Shown: positions 36,551 to 50,293 of the stretch, piece after piece | Layout: every line of letters begins with the position of its first letter | Numbering within the stretch: position 1 is the stretch's first letter | Assembly: GCA_051362555.1 (NCBI GenBank) | Contig: CM120641.1 | Location: 5,828,001-5,892,000 of the forward strand | Direction of reading: 5' to 3' | Source: Lingula anatina | Lineage: Eukaryota; Animalia; Brachiopoda | Length of the DNA stretch: 64,000 nt | Made by a program: the position numbers and the translations under genes | Notes under the pieces: model-generated | Told to the model about the DNA's origin: nothing | The model's database searches: none | Seen by the model: the letters and a program-made list of their open reading frames with translations, nothing else

Positions 36551-37929
36551 TTATTTTCCTTGCTGATAAAGAAGTATATCCGTAAAAATAGCCTCTAATA
36601 GAATGCAGAATCCAACAACATACAAAAACCACATTCTTTCTTTGGGAAGCTCACCTTGGCGAATGAATACAATCTGAAATACAAAAATACAATTTAAAAT
36701 CACACATGAAAAAAAGTATTGAAACTTGATTTTTGCTATAGAATATGTACTGTAATGTATTCCAGTCATTTTATAATGGTAATAAATTCACTACAATATA
36801 ATATAATATAATATAATATAATATATTATAATATAATATAATATAATATAATATAATATAATATAATATAATATAATATAATATTGCTGATGGATAAATA
36901 TAACTGCAAATTGTAACATACTTCAGCTAGGGTCAAAATGCATACTATTTATAACAAGGAAATACTTCATCCTCACCAAAATCACTTCAATAACAGCAAA
37001 CCCCAGCAGGCTTATTCCTAGCAGCAAGTACACACCAGTGTTCATGGGGACTTGGACGCTCTGAGCAATACTCAAAATAATGCTTATCTGAAATATGAAT
37101 AGGAAGCATTCATACTTTTGGTTCTGAACATAATTTTTGAAGATATTCTTTAAATTAATTCATTAAAGACAGAATTAAGGCTGATTTTTCCAGAGGAGGT
37201 AACTTCATATATTATTTTTTTAACAATTATGATTTACCAGCTTCACACCAAAGTTATGAAACTGGTCACAAACTTCTGAGAGCAAAAATGATATTGTATG
37301 TATCACATAATTTAAATCTGAGAAGACATATATATAATATAATATTAATCTTACCAAAACCATCAGCACCACAAGAGACACAAATGTAAGTTGCAAACCC
37401 CTCTGAAAGCAAAAGAAGTACACTTCAAAAATGTAAAACTTACTAGCAAATATCTTAATCATGGCTTAAGAAGTCTCAAAACTGCACTGCTAGTGTCTCA
37501 TATACCGTCATACTTGTTCATTTTCACCCGACTTTGAACGTCATTTGACGGTGAACGGTCACTGTGCTACATGTACAGTACATATGTAGTTTAAGTTACC
37601 AAGTAAATATTGGTGACATGTAGATGATTAAAAAGAGTAGAAACTCAAAGAAAGTGTGGCATGAAAATTCACGTGTTATCACAAACAGTACAAATCTGAG
37701 ATAGTAAGTAAGAGTGTTAACACATGAATGTTTGTTCTTCTCAACCGGGTCACATGTCATTATGAACTTCCGCATATATAAGAACTTTTAAAAGCATTTT
37801 GTCTTGCATGGGGTTTGATATAGCGTGTATTACCATTAGAGGAGTCTGCGTACTGTCATGATATAGCGGGCCTGCAGATGTAGCTTTACCCGCGCCGACG
37901 ATCTGAGTTTTCTCTGTATCCGCGTCCAT
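36551..37929 (-). CDS. TMEM243-like small membrane protein, copy A, 4 exons, 125 aa
   Basis: Exons 37929-37834, 37402-37355, 37087-36977, 36673-36551, all phase 0. Three hydrophobic segments. FIRQGELPK resembles the TMEM243 WYRQGDL motif. Confidence 0.7.
36795..36883. repeat. (ATATA)n microsatellite
   Basis: Pentanucleotide run in an intron of TMEM243-like A. Confidence 0.95.
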
Positions 37930-38261
37930 TTTCAGCTGACAGCGGAACAACTCCTTGACATCCCTAGTCCACCGGAAGATGTAGCTGTCAACCAAGCCAA
38001 TCCAGTAACTAATCAATTAAATTTAGTTAATGTTGATCAGTTAAAGCTGCAAATAAATATTGTTTATTATGCTTAGTAATAAAATAATGTCTATTATTAA
38101 ATAAAAACGGTATAAGATACAGTGTTTTGATACAATCTGCTGTTTGACTGTAGTGACATCTAGCGATGAACTGGAGTGTCATGTGATATAAACATCAACT
38201 TGATCAAGGTATCAAGGTGTGATGTTCAGAGTTGAAGCGGTCGTTATAAAAGTTACTAAAA
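37930..38261. promoter_or_regulatory. Bidirectional promoter region between the two TMEM243-like genes
   Basis: Divergent ATGs are 332 bp apart; CCAAT near 37997. Confidence 0.55.
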
Positions 38262-40724
38262 ATGGATGAAACTGCTGTCCCAAAATCTACAGCCAAAGCA
38301 ACATCAACAGATGTAAATGCCATTTACCACGACGTTTCACCAACACTTGTGAGTACAACCCCGTTGCTAGAGAGTAATTTTCATCATTTGATTTTAAATA
38401 CAGGAAATTTTGACAAAATTTTTGGAAGACTTATATTTGCGTTTATCAATAGATTTAGATTGTTTGTTTAGATATCTAACTAATGGGAAAATGCTGCATG
38501 ACATATAAGCCGGGGGTGGTTCATATATATGCTGTATATCACAATCTTTTTGAAAAATATTAAAAGAAATTTAAAGTTTTTAAATTAAAGTTGAAATCTG
38601 AATCAGGAAGTTGCCCAAAGTAAGCATAAACCAAAAAATTAACTCGGTTTAGAGGGGCGAATTATTTTGTATCGAGTCAAGGGGAGTAACACTATTAATT
38701 GACATCATGAGACAAAATTTCAGTGTTGAAGACATAAAATTATATATATACTGTATAATAGTAAAAAGAGGTAATTAATGGATTCATCCACCCTTAATGA
38801 AAACAGAGCAGTGATTTTGTAAATGCTTTTGTATATACTGTAGGTATTTGACATAAAGCATGAAGTCAGAGGGAAGAATATCTAAGACAATTATTTGTGC
38901 TATATGACAGTAAGATGTAAGTTTAATGACTATATTCAACTGACAGATGTACGAGTAAAATCTGAAATTTATTTGTAGATTTATGGCTCAAAAGTGTTTG
39001 GTGTCGTGACATGCCTTATGGTTATAGTAAGTATTATTATTCACTTTCAATGTGTTTTTGTAACATGTTAAAATTATAGCATTGTCTCTTGCTGTTTGAA
39101 TGTGATGGTAAAATTTCAGCTTGTTTATACCTGATTTTTTTTTAATTTATAGAGTGATGAATTTTTTAAAGTTAACATGTTGCCATATAATGATATTTCT
39201 AAAATGTACTATTATCATATTAACTTTTTCTATGGTGCTATCATAGATGTTTTTCCAAGAGTAATATGAATCATTATTAATTAATTTTAATTTTGGAGCT
39301 TTAAAATAATTTAGTGTTAAGCTTGGTAGTCGGTACAAAATCCACATTATTATCTTTCAGATTGCTTTCATTATCTGTCTGGTGACTGGTGCTAAAAACA
39401 ATACATTTTACCTGATGGCTACAAATTTATTAAGTAAGTACTGTAGTTAGTATTTGAGTTATTATTATTATTATCTAGCTGCAAACAAATTTTACATAGT
39501 TCAAAGATACAGTAAAGTATAAATTAAAAGTGAAGTTATATAAATGTGCATTTTTATTTACAATTATACATTTCAATTAATATGGGATGATACTGCCATT
39601 TAGTGAAAAAGTTGGAAAATAAGGGTCCACCTAGGCCAATGATAATTTTGACTCCCAAAAAATAAAAAATCTGCCGGTAGTCAGAAAAATATCATCCATG
39701 TATACATTAGAAATTGATATTTTAAAAAACTTGCAAAGTTAAAAAAAAGGGAAAAAAATCATCAAAATCTACCTTCTTTGTATGATAATCGTTAGGTGTT
39801 TTGAAATGCAGTAAACTTGTACAAATTGAAGTTCCTTGCCTATTGCAATCTTGTATTTTATCAAGATTAATGATTTTAAATTACAAAAATACACTTTATT
39901 ACATAAACACCATTTATAAAATATTTCAGATATCTGTTACAATTGTTACTGATGAAAATTTATTTTATTTTTAATTTAGTGAATAGCAATTTTAGGTACA
40001 TTAACTCTTTTTTTAACTTTCAGTAAGTACTTTTGTTGGAGCTGTTGTGGTAAGTTTCTTGAATACATAATAGGAAATTGATCTCATAATTTTGTTCCTT
40101 TAATTTTGAAAAAATTTGTAACAGTTTCTCTTATTATGTTATACATGCTATTTCATTATTACAAAATCTGTATGAGCAAACCTTTATGCATGATTACATT
40201 TTGTGTTTTGCATTATTTTTTTAGTTGTAATGGTGTTGTATTTATGAACTATTATTTTTTAAAATTTAAATTGTATTGACATTTTCTTTCCTTCATTTGA
40301 AGACATGGTGGTATAGGAAAGGTGACCTGGTAGGTACTTTACGTGAACTTGTGTTTCCATGTCACATTATAAAGAATTTATTTAAGATCAATTTTTAGAC
40401 ATTTTTTCTTCAAGTAGGTACCATATAGATGTTTTATCTCAAAAATAGCAGATAATCTTGTTCTCCTCTAAACTTGAAAAAATAGTTTCATCTGTTTTTT
40501 TCCTCATTTTTTTTCAGGCTTCAGATAAAATCTGGTTCATTATTTTGGTGTGTGCAGTGATAGTCTTCCAGTGCATCACCACAGAAATCTACGTTTTCAA
40601 TGTTCAGTATGTACACAATGACATTCCCACCCCAGCGCCCCCTAGGATCAATACAACTGCTCACCATAACATGACAACAAGACATATGATGCAGCAAGAT
40701 GTCACAACTGTTCCTAGTTTTTGA
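38262..40724 (+). CDS. TMEM243-like small membrane protein, copy B, 6 exons, 155 aa
   Basis: Exons 38262-38348, 38979-39026, 39361-39433, 40024-40049, 40303-40329, 40518-40724; in phase with GT-AG. Contains TWWYRKGDL. N-terminal KATS..YHD is shared with copy A. Confidence 0.72.
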
Positions 40725-41855
40725 AAAATCACTTTTGATGTCTAAGAAATCAATTGGCTCAAGCTTGTATGCACTATTAAAACCAACTGCTGAAGATCAT
40801 TAACTTTTTTCCATTTTATGATACAGCACGAGATGCTTTTGTAGTTCATTCTGCACGTTTTTCTGTGCACAGAGAAAGATTTCATTTTATTCTTTTCTAT
40901 ACAAGTTGAAACTTACTGTCATACACTTGTGATTTAGTATTTAATTGTAAATATAATTATAAATGTTTATGTTAAAAAGCTTACAATAAATGTGTAGTCA
41001 AATATCTTGACTCTTTTAGTAAATTACAAATAGCTAAATGGATAGTTTTATTACATCTTCATAATGTTGAGTACCAAAGATAAACCAAAATGTGTGCTTA
41101 TTTAAAAAGTGAAACTTAAAATAACTTAGTGTGCCAATTGAATTAAACTTTGTTTTCACCTAATTATATCCCATACAATTTAATCGCAACTCTATGACAA
41201 ATCTTTTTGAAGGCAATTTCACTGATGTTATATCTTGAATAAAAAGTTGGCACATGTACTCACCTGCCACTTTGTTTGTACCATGGCATTAAAAGTTGGA
41301 CTAATCAACTGGACAGCAAACATATGTTCTATGAATTCTTTTAGACTAATGAACTTCATTAAAATTGTTTCAAAATCCTTCTGTGAAAACTTTACATTAC
41401 AACAAATTCATATTACAAATTTCCATTTCTTTTAAGTATAGTTTTCTTAACTTCCTCAAAGCAAGGTTTGAAAGATTACTATATATGTCCGTCTTCCTAA
41501 AATAATAAGACATACCTTTATCACTGAAATTGTGAGTGCACCTTTGATAAGAAAATGTTAATATGATCCTTGAATTTTCCAACAGATTGTTTATATCAAA
41601 AACCATTTTACAAATTTAAAGCTAGCAGATTTTCAAAGGTTTCCTTAAAAAAAAAGAGCCTTACTGTAATATTCACAGTTTAAAAAGTATTCCTAAATAA
41701 ATACAATGGGTAACATAAATGTAACATTAATGATTTCAATATTTGTGATGGTCCTATACACAATTCTAGTTGAAAAGACACAGCTAGTCTATATAAAGTA
41801 CATCCCATATACAAGGAATTATCTTCACTCTGAAGAAATCCACCTTCAATCCAGG

Positions 41856-44800
41856 TTATTCCTCAATGAATGGAGAACTATCTTCAAATACCTCATCCAT
41901 CACATCCTCTCCTCGTGGCTGTAGACGACGCTAAAATAGGGAAATAAAATGTGACATTACTGTGTTATCATGAATTTTGTTGAAAGCAGCAACAAAAAAT
42001 GGGGCGCATTTGATTACACCAGTCAGTGTTTAATGATAGATCCTCAAAGTTAAGATCCCTATCAAATTACAAATAAGTAACGATTACAAGTCCTGAATTA
42101 ACTTTAGGACTACTGTACCTGAGGAATTGATGCTGGGATTTGACTGCAACTGCTGCTTCTGTAACCTAGAAAAAAGATTAAACATATGTACAACCATGGG
42201 CTGAGGCTTGGATAACTTTTGATTTAACTGAAAAACATATTGTTAATTTCAAACATCAATAAATGGTAGGAAATTGTATGCAGCTGCTTCCTAATCTGCG
42301 CTTAATGTAATCTTGTATGTATTTTACTAAGCCAAATTAGACATTGTACCTGAACCATGATAGCTTCTAGTGGAGCCACAAACTTCACACACAGTGCGTG
42401 AGGAGGCGTTGAGATATGTGCAGCTCTGGCAAGGCCACTTATTCTGTGATGCTGCTGACCCTGTGCTGACACTGCGTCCACCAGCCATTAAGGGCCCAGA
42501 CTGCTGGATATTCTGCATGTCACGAATCTGGCGCTCCAGTAATCGGACCTGATCTCTTTTCAAAGTAACTTCCTCTTCCAAGTCTTCAACCTGAGAGAAC
42601 ATGTGTTACATTTTATTGAATATTATTAAATTAAGAAGTATTGGTCATAAATATGTTGTGCTACACTAAAAGTTGAACACTTCTCTTGATGTTCAACTAA
42701 ATTCCCCTTATGATGTCATGATTTTCTAATATCATTTGACTTACCTTCTGATCTCTATTTGTCAATTGCTCTTTCAAGCGATCACTTGCTTCTTCTAAAG
42801 AAATTTTCTCGGCTTGAATCCTTTCTCTGTCTCGTCTCTCTTGCTCAAAGTCTTCCCTGAACATGGCAACCTGTAAGGAAAAAATGAATCTATTATCAGT
42901 CATACTTCCCAATTGTTCCTATCAATATGAGCATGGTCTTAATTTTCCCTTTTTAATAATGAGTATAACATTTTTAAGAATGCCATTATGTCATTTCTTT
43001 AAAAAAAACATGCACACTAACCTGCTGTAGAAGTGCTGTGATTTCATTTCTCATAGACTCAACATCAGAGCTGCTGGCAGACCCAGTTTGAATCTGTGGG
43101 AAGTTGATTATGAAACACTAGGTATGTGCAGATAATGTCAATCTAGCTATTTTTTTCAATCATCTATTTGAGGTTTGTATGAGTACAATCTCCTCCATGG
43201 GTCTTAACAAATATATCTCTTTAACCAAATTCAGATAATGATCACCCAAAAGTGAACCATCCTACAACATAGTATTTTCATGTACAAAGTTCAAAATACA
43301 ACTATTTCTTTAACAGAACCAGTCTCTTAGAGTGATAGTCAACACAAGTCTTGAAAATTTTGAGAAAAAAATAAAAAGACAAATAGACAGAGATATCTAA
43401 CCTTGTTCCTCCTTGCGAGTCCATCCCAAGGTTTACCCTCTCTCCCAGTTTGCTGAACACCACTACCAATGACACGCAGTTGTTCTTCAAGAGTTTGTCT
43501 CTTCTGTCTTTCTAAGTGCAATAACTGCAACGCTTCCTCCTTTGCAGTCTTGATGAAGAATAAAAAATGCATGTTTAAAGACATACAATCAAATTACAGC
43601 TAATGCAAAAACTATTCAGTCCATATTTTAGTTGATGATTACAATACAAATGTGTAAAGCCTGGGTTCACTTTCCTATTGTCAACTTTAATTCCACCTTA
43701 TATGTGTTATATAAAACAAAAAATTCAAACGATTCAAGCTCTTCAAAATCTACCCTCACCTCCTCAATTTCTGTTCTCTTTTTTGCAGACAAAAGTAAAG
43801 AATCAATGTCTCTCTGCCTCTTGCCCTCCATGCTGACATGTGCAGCCAGTTGTTGTTGGGCTTCATTCAACTGTTGTCCTAGCTGCAGCACCTCTTGTTG
43901 GTATTCTTGCTGTAGTTTTCCATAGTCTGCTGACCATTTGTGGTTTACTTCAAGCAACTGCAGAAAAGGAATAAGGGAAATCCCTTAAACATGCTGTTGT
44001 AACTGTATTACATGAGTAATAATATCCCTAACAAGAAATGAAATACTGACTGGTGAATGACCTGCTTAAGCCCCCTTTACACTGGATGGTGTCCTTTCTG
44101 AATTCTATAGTATGGCCCCATTTGAGAGTTAAAAAAATAATACTTTACGTGCAGATTACTGGCGAATCATTGAGCATTCATTCTGCAATCAAAGGGGTGC
44201 TTGTGCCTCCTTTCTTCGACCACAGCAATGCCAGTTTCATGGTCACACAAAAAGGGATGCAGAAAGGATACTGCCCAGTATAAGGTTTTAGTTATCAACT
44301 AAAAGTTGTTGACTTAATTAATAAAATTTCGTCACATTTATAAGTATTGTATGAATATGCATATTCTTATTTTTCCAGCAAGTTTTCAGTTCTGATTTTC
44401 CCCCTGCAAGCGGAATGTTGTTACCCACTATTACTATTGCCATGCTTAACTGCCAAAATTAATCAGCTCTTAATTATTTTCCCCTCTTCTACCCCATGAA
44501 AAGAACAACAGAATTTGATTTGTAAGTTTACCTCATTTCTCTGGCTGACAATTTTTGCAAGTCGTCGCTCCAATGCTTGCACCTCTGTATGAGACTGCTA
44601 CAAAAAATGATAAAGATGATGATAATAAATTAATGTTAAAATAGATAACACAGTCTTGGTTCATTGTTTTTAGCTTATCAATGAGGACATATTTGAAAAT
44701 GTTTTAACATAACAATTCCATGAAAACTATCTGTACTCCCACTGACAGCTCAATGTGCTAATACTTAAACTGAGCAATCTAAAGGAAGCATTGCTGTTTG

Positions 44801-47800
44801 AGTGATGCAGCATCATGATATTCTACCAGTCAAACTCTCGTACAGTGAGAAGAAATGCCAAAATCCAGTTCATGAAGACCACTTGACTTAGCTTCACATA
44901 TGGTTTTAACTTAACTTAATCTTACCCTTTGAGCTTGTTCCTCTTCAGATTCTCCTTGCTTGGTAACCGTAACCCAATCATCAGATGCCAGTGAACTTGT
45001 AGACCGTGCATGCCGTTCTTGCTGAAGTTTGATAACTGTCTGCTTCAGTTTACCATTCTCTTGCCTTTAAGACAGAGTCAGAAATGAGCAGTTGTTCAGT
45101 CAAATATTTCTAAAGACAAAGTTATTTGCATTTAAATTAGTGGACTCTACATCTATTTTCAGATTTATGCAGTATATGTGTAACACATTAATTATCATTT
45201 ATCTTGAATAAATCTTGTGGAACTGTTTTTTTTGTCTTCCTTTTGTAGCAGCTGAAACTCAAAAATTTTTTCTATCTTGAATCAAACAAAATTTTGATCA
45301 AGCTTAAAAAACTCATCTCACTCAATTATCAGTTCATAAATTCTATCACAACCTGCATCAACCATAGTTTATATCACTAACCTCAATTCGTTTATGGTCC
45401 TATCCCTTTCAGGTATCCTATTTTTCAAGTCACTGTTTTCAGCAGATAGTGCCGATACAAGGCTCTGAGATAAAGACAAAGAAGTATTGTTCACTAACTG
45501 AAATGCAACTAAATGTTAATCATTAGCGTATGTTGGTATAGCAAGCAAATGTATTCACACTGATAATTCTGATTTGTTTAAAACTGATTAGATAAAACTT
45601 GGTCTGCAAAGGAATTGGATAATCTTTTTTTTTTTGGACTAGATTTATATTACCTAATTATACATTATAACCGAATACAAGGCATTCTTACTCTTGTGTG
45701 TATAACCTCCTCAAGAAAAATAAAACTTGGTTGAGAAAATCTGAAAATTTCAAATTCCACATATTAATATAACACGTCACATTTAAACCGACTTCTCAAA
45801 CATATGTATTTTGCAATTTAACTTAGGCAATCATTTTCTCACCTTGTACTGTTTGTTCTCTTTTTCTACTTTAACCATGTGAAGGGAGATCCTGGCAAGG
45901 TCCATGGCAACACTTGTTTCATCTCCATTTCCAGTAAATTTGTGGAGAACTGTGGCAACTTGAGGCACATGCATTGATACCTCAATGCTTTCTGGTAAGG
46001 ACAATGTCCTTCCAGACTGGTGCAGAGACTGAAATATAAAATGATTTTCACTATAAAGATTAATAACATAACAAAGTATCAGATACATATATGCAAGTCA
46101 ATCAAAGTTACAATTTGGATAAACTTTTGCTGCAAACAAAAGAAAAGAGACTACAAATAACATTAAGTAACAAATGAGTAATGACAATTTTCAAAGAAGT
46201 ATTCATCATTATTATTATCATTCACAGCATAAAGTGTTCCACTGTTGGACAAAGACCTCAGCATGCTTCTTCCAGTGTATTCTGTCTTGGGCTTCACACT
46301 TCCAGTTTTTTTTTTTTTCCAGTAATCATAGAATTTGTCCATCTCTTACGAGGCTTCTCTTGTTTCCTATGTCCATATCTTGGTGTACATTCTGTCAGCT
46401 TTATTGTCCATCTGTCATCTTTGATGTCCTGCCCATCTCTATTTCATTTCTTTCATTGCAAGTAGCACATCCTTCACTTTGGTCTGTTCTCTTATTTAGT
46501 TTATGGTCATCCTCTCTCTTACCCTGATGTTTCTCTGTGCTACTTGTAGCTTTTGTTCCATGGATGCATTCATTGTCCACGTCTCTCAACCATAGATGAC
46601 ATCTGGCAAAACACATGCATTGAACACTATCCTTTTCAGGCAGGTAGGGAGGTTGCTCTTGAACATGTCTGGTGCTTTGTAAATGCTTCCCATCTTGCAT
46701 TTATTCTTCTTTGGACTTCTTTCTCCAGTGTTCTGTTGCCGAGGCTGAATCTTTGCCTAAGATAAACATACTCTTCTACTGCTTCTATCTCCTTGTTGTT
46801 GACCTTTATTGTACAAGGGATGGTTAGTGGTCCAAATATTATTTTTGTCATACTTGTGTTCATTTTTAAACCACATCTGAGGCTTTCATCTGCTAGGGCC
46901 TGTAGTGTTGTCTGAAGATTGTTTGGACCATCTGCTACCACTATGATATCATCTGCAAACCTGAGGTGGTTGAGGCGCAGTTCTTATTAGAATCACTAAA
47001 AAACCAAGGGACTGAGGATGGATACATTGAGATTCTCAAAGATATGTATATATATATACTGGTAGCTCTGTAACAGTGAAACTACACACACTGTCAAAGG
47101 AAATCAAGATCAAAGGGTGTTCATCAAGGAGATACAAATAACAATATCTCCTTAACTGTTCACAGCAGCACTGGAAAGAATATTAAAGTGGATAGATTGG
47201 CATGACAAAGGCATAAACATAGATGGTACGAGGCTTTGATTATCATTATCATACAGTCACTTTTTTTTGTGTGCAAGAGTATGTTGCAAACCATACCTGT
47301 GCCAGCTGCAATCGATCAAATGACCCTGGCATTTGGTCATTTCCTTGAATTTCAGCCCCGCCTTGAGCTGCTAGCTGGTCACTTGACTGTCCACTACTGC
47401 CAGGCTGGCTAGGTGTGTGTAGTTCACCACTGGAGATACTCAGACCACTGGACATGGAGGGAAGGATAAATCCAAGATGTTCTGCAGAATGGTCACCCGA
47501 ACTTTTCTTTTTTTCATTTTCTAGTTCAGCTTCTGTGAGAGAGTCAGAGTCCTCTTCAACTTCTTCAGAGAGTTTCTTAAGCTGACTTCTAGGCTTCAGT
47601 TTGGCTGGATGGCCGTTAGGCTGACTGGTACCAGATGGCTGGGAAATGACAGAACCACTTGCTGAGGAGGAGGCAGTGGCTGTACCTGCTGGCTCTTTCT
47701 CCTGTTGTACTGTATGACCACTGTGGCCTGAACCTGAAGGATCACTGCCACACTGAGCATCTGCTGATGAACTCTGGGATCTAGCCTATAAAACATTTAT

Positions 47801-48833
47801 TAACATTTATCATCACCTTACTGATGTGTGACAATCACTGTTGAATAAGTAAATCTTGAAATGCAGTTACAAACTACTGAAATAAAAATATTTAGATAAA
47901 AAATTTGATATTTTCGCTCCATATCCTAGGTACATTTTAATTCATTTGCTCACTCAAAACATTGTATCCAAATGCTCTTTCCAGATCAATTTTTTTTTTT
48001 TTGTCCTGTCATACATATTCTTACCCACCTTATGCCATTAAAGCATCTACAGTACTGTATGCTACCTATAGATCCCATTATTTAAAAACTACGGTGCAAG
48101 AGTTTAAATATCATTATATTTATGTGGATAAATTTAATATCAATCATAATAAAAAACATTATTTTGATAGAAAAAATACATACATGTATATGTACATTTT
48201 GATTTAACTTAACTTTAGAGAACAGAGTGAGTATGTGCATTTTATTTCATCTAGAACATTACTAGTACCTTCTGATAAGCTTTATCAACTTCTGTGATAG
48301 GTCCATACTTCTTTTTGTATGCTTTTAATTCATTCTTGGCATCTTGATGCAGTTGACCTGATTAAGTTTTATTTTTAAATGGACAAAAGTATTACAATTT
48401 ATTGTGTAAATATTTCAATTACAGGGAAAAGTACAAAAATTTAGACTTAATCTAAAACAATGTCCGCTTCTCATAATTATGAGACACATAAAACAGATGT
48501 TAAAATGTTCAAGCAAAATACATTTCACTATTATACCGTATATTCAACTGTACACATGAGTATTAAATGACCATGCCACATTTCTCTTTGTGTACAGGCA
48601 TTATTGAATACAATAAGTTGTTGACAATACTTGATATAAAATAAATAAACAGAAATGTAATAAAAGTGACAAGAGAAAATATCCATACCTAGAGTCTCAT
48701 AACCTTTCAGTTTTGCTCTCAAAACCTGATTTTCTGCAACTTGTTTGTCGTATCTGTTTTTCAACTTTTCATAATTGTTCATGTCGGTCTCCACTTCTTT
48801 GCCTAATATGTTTTCTCTGGGTTTTGATGCCAT
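41856..48833 (-). CDS. TNIP/ABIN-like ubiquitin-binding coiled-coil adaptor (UBAN plus NZF), about 14 coding exons
   Basis: Spliced model runs from MASKPREN to SSPFIEE*. Contains LLEVNHKW (ABIN homology motif, cf. TNIP1 LLEVNKQW), UBAN LLQQVAMFREDFEQERRDRE (DFxxER), NZF WPCQSCTYLNASSRTVCEVC, and LIR-like SDDWVTV. Confidence 0.8.
46200..47235 (-). mobile_element. Degenerate, 5'-truncated and 5'-inverted RTE-clade LINE
   Basis: Minus strand from 46980 reads LRLNHLRFADDIIVV..LQALADESLRCGLKMNTSMTK..IEAVEEYVYL..EVQRRINARWEAF, ending in an (AAT/GAT)n tail near 46200-46222. Plus strand 46984-47235 holds the upstream RT part (..QGD..ISP.LFTAALERIL..WHDKGINIDGTR), with frameshifts. Confidence 0.85.
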
Positions 48834-49515
48834 AATGCCGCTGTTGTAGCCTTAGACGTTCCTGGAAATTTTGATAAAGCAAATCTCAAATATGCTTATA
48901 AAACAGATAGCATTTTCATTTCCGTTGAAAATTTCGTGTCTTCTATAGAAACATTTTATCTATATGAAAGACCCGTCAGCCATATGCCGGAATATTGAAT
49001 TATCCGACGTATTCAAATGGATACATTAACGTACCTTTATTTATGATACTGTCATTTGCCATTTGTAAAGATAAAAACCAGGATTCCCCACGGCACATAC
49101 ATGTGTATTTTCTAATTTGTCTATTTGTATTTGCGTCGAAAATTTGTGGCCAATTCCTTGAAACGTGATAAGTTACATATACATGTTTCCATTACTGAGC
49201 ACCATAAAAAGAATACTAGTCACTGAAAACTATTTGTTAGTAATCGGTAATTCCCCAACTCTCGTAACCGTAAACAAAGTGCGTCGTTTGGTCGGGTCAA
49301 ATTGAAAGATTGTCAGTATCTAAAACGTCCGATCTAAATGCAGTTCTTTATTTATGCGTTACATGCAATCAATCTTTATATATTCACCTACCCCATTTAA
49401 GTTTCTTGGAGACCCCGTTTAAAGGACATCAGCGATATTTCCTCGTGCGTCACGACTGAACAGATCGGGATATGAACCAGCCATTTTCTCTTTCAAATTA
49501 GCGAAAACGAGGCAA

Positions 49516-49526
49516 GGGAATTTCCC
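49516..49526. promoter_or_regulatory. NF-kB consensus site upstream of the TNIP-like gene
   Basis: GGGAATTTCCC matches GGGRNWYYCC. Further matches at 50913-50922 and 43975-43984; near-matches around 49080 and 49246. Confidence 0.5.
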
Positions 49527-49673
49527 TCTTTAATTTCCAACACACCTCCCACCTCGCTTAATTGCACATCGCAATAGCCTCTTTATTCTTATTTCTACCT
49601 TGAGCCTGTTCTAATATATTAAAAATAGTGGTTTCAAATTTTTATATTTCATCAGACTGGTAACAACATTTAA

Positions 49674-50014
49674 AGGGATAATAACTCTTCGTTTTGGCCA
49701 AAAAATGAATTTTCCTGGAGTAAACAACAATTTTCCCATACTTACCAATGGTTAATGAATAAATTTTTACATTCAAAGTTAGTCCCTAGCTTTTTTCTAA
49801 AAAGTTTTTTTTTTGTTAAAATCTCTTAAGAGATTATAGCAGAGTATATATAGCCATCAATGGAGGTCACGTGGTCTGAAGACAAGCTCAGATATCAGAA
49901 TAAATAGCTATAACTGCTGTTTTTGTGATAAAACAGAATATATAATATTTCTTTGAATTGTTCACAATGTTTTTATTGTGAAATATAGATCTCATACAAA
50001 GAGTTATTATCCCT
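49674..50014. mobile_element. Kolobok-like MITE, copy 2
   Basis: TTAA|AGGGATAATAACTCTT ... AAGAGTTATTATCCCT|TTAA; highly similar to 13966-14302. Confidence 0.85.
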
Positions 50015-50209
50015 TTAAATATGCCCATACAATGAGCGTAGAGCATTCTACATTTGTATATCCGCGAACTTGAGATCTGATAATACATGATATTGACAGT
50101 TGAAATAATCCACACACAAGATGGCATCATTGCCAAAATTTCAATTTTTGAATTTTAAACACATCAATCAATATCACCTTTCTGCAAAACAGCATGTCAA
50201 AATGGACCA

Positions 50210-50212
<3 letters not shown>

Positions 50213-50290
<78 letters not shown>
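50213..50290. repeat. (TA)n microsatellite
   Basis: Uninterrupted TA run. Confidence 0.97.
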
Positions 50291-50293
<3 letters not shown>

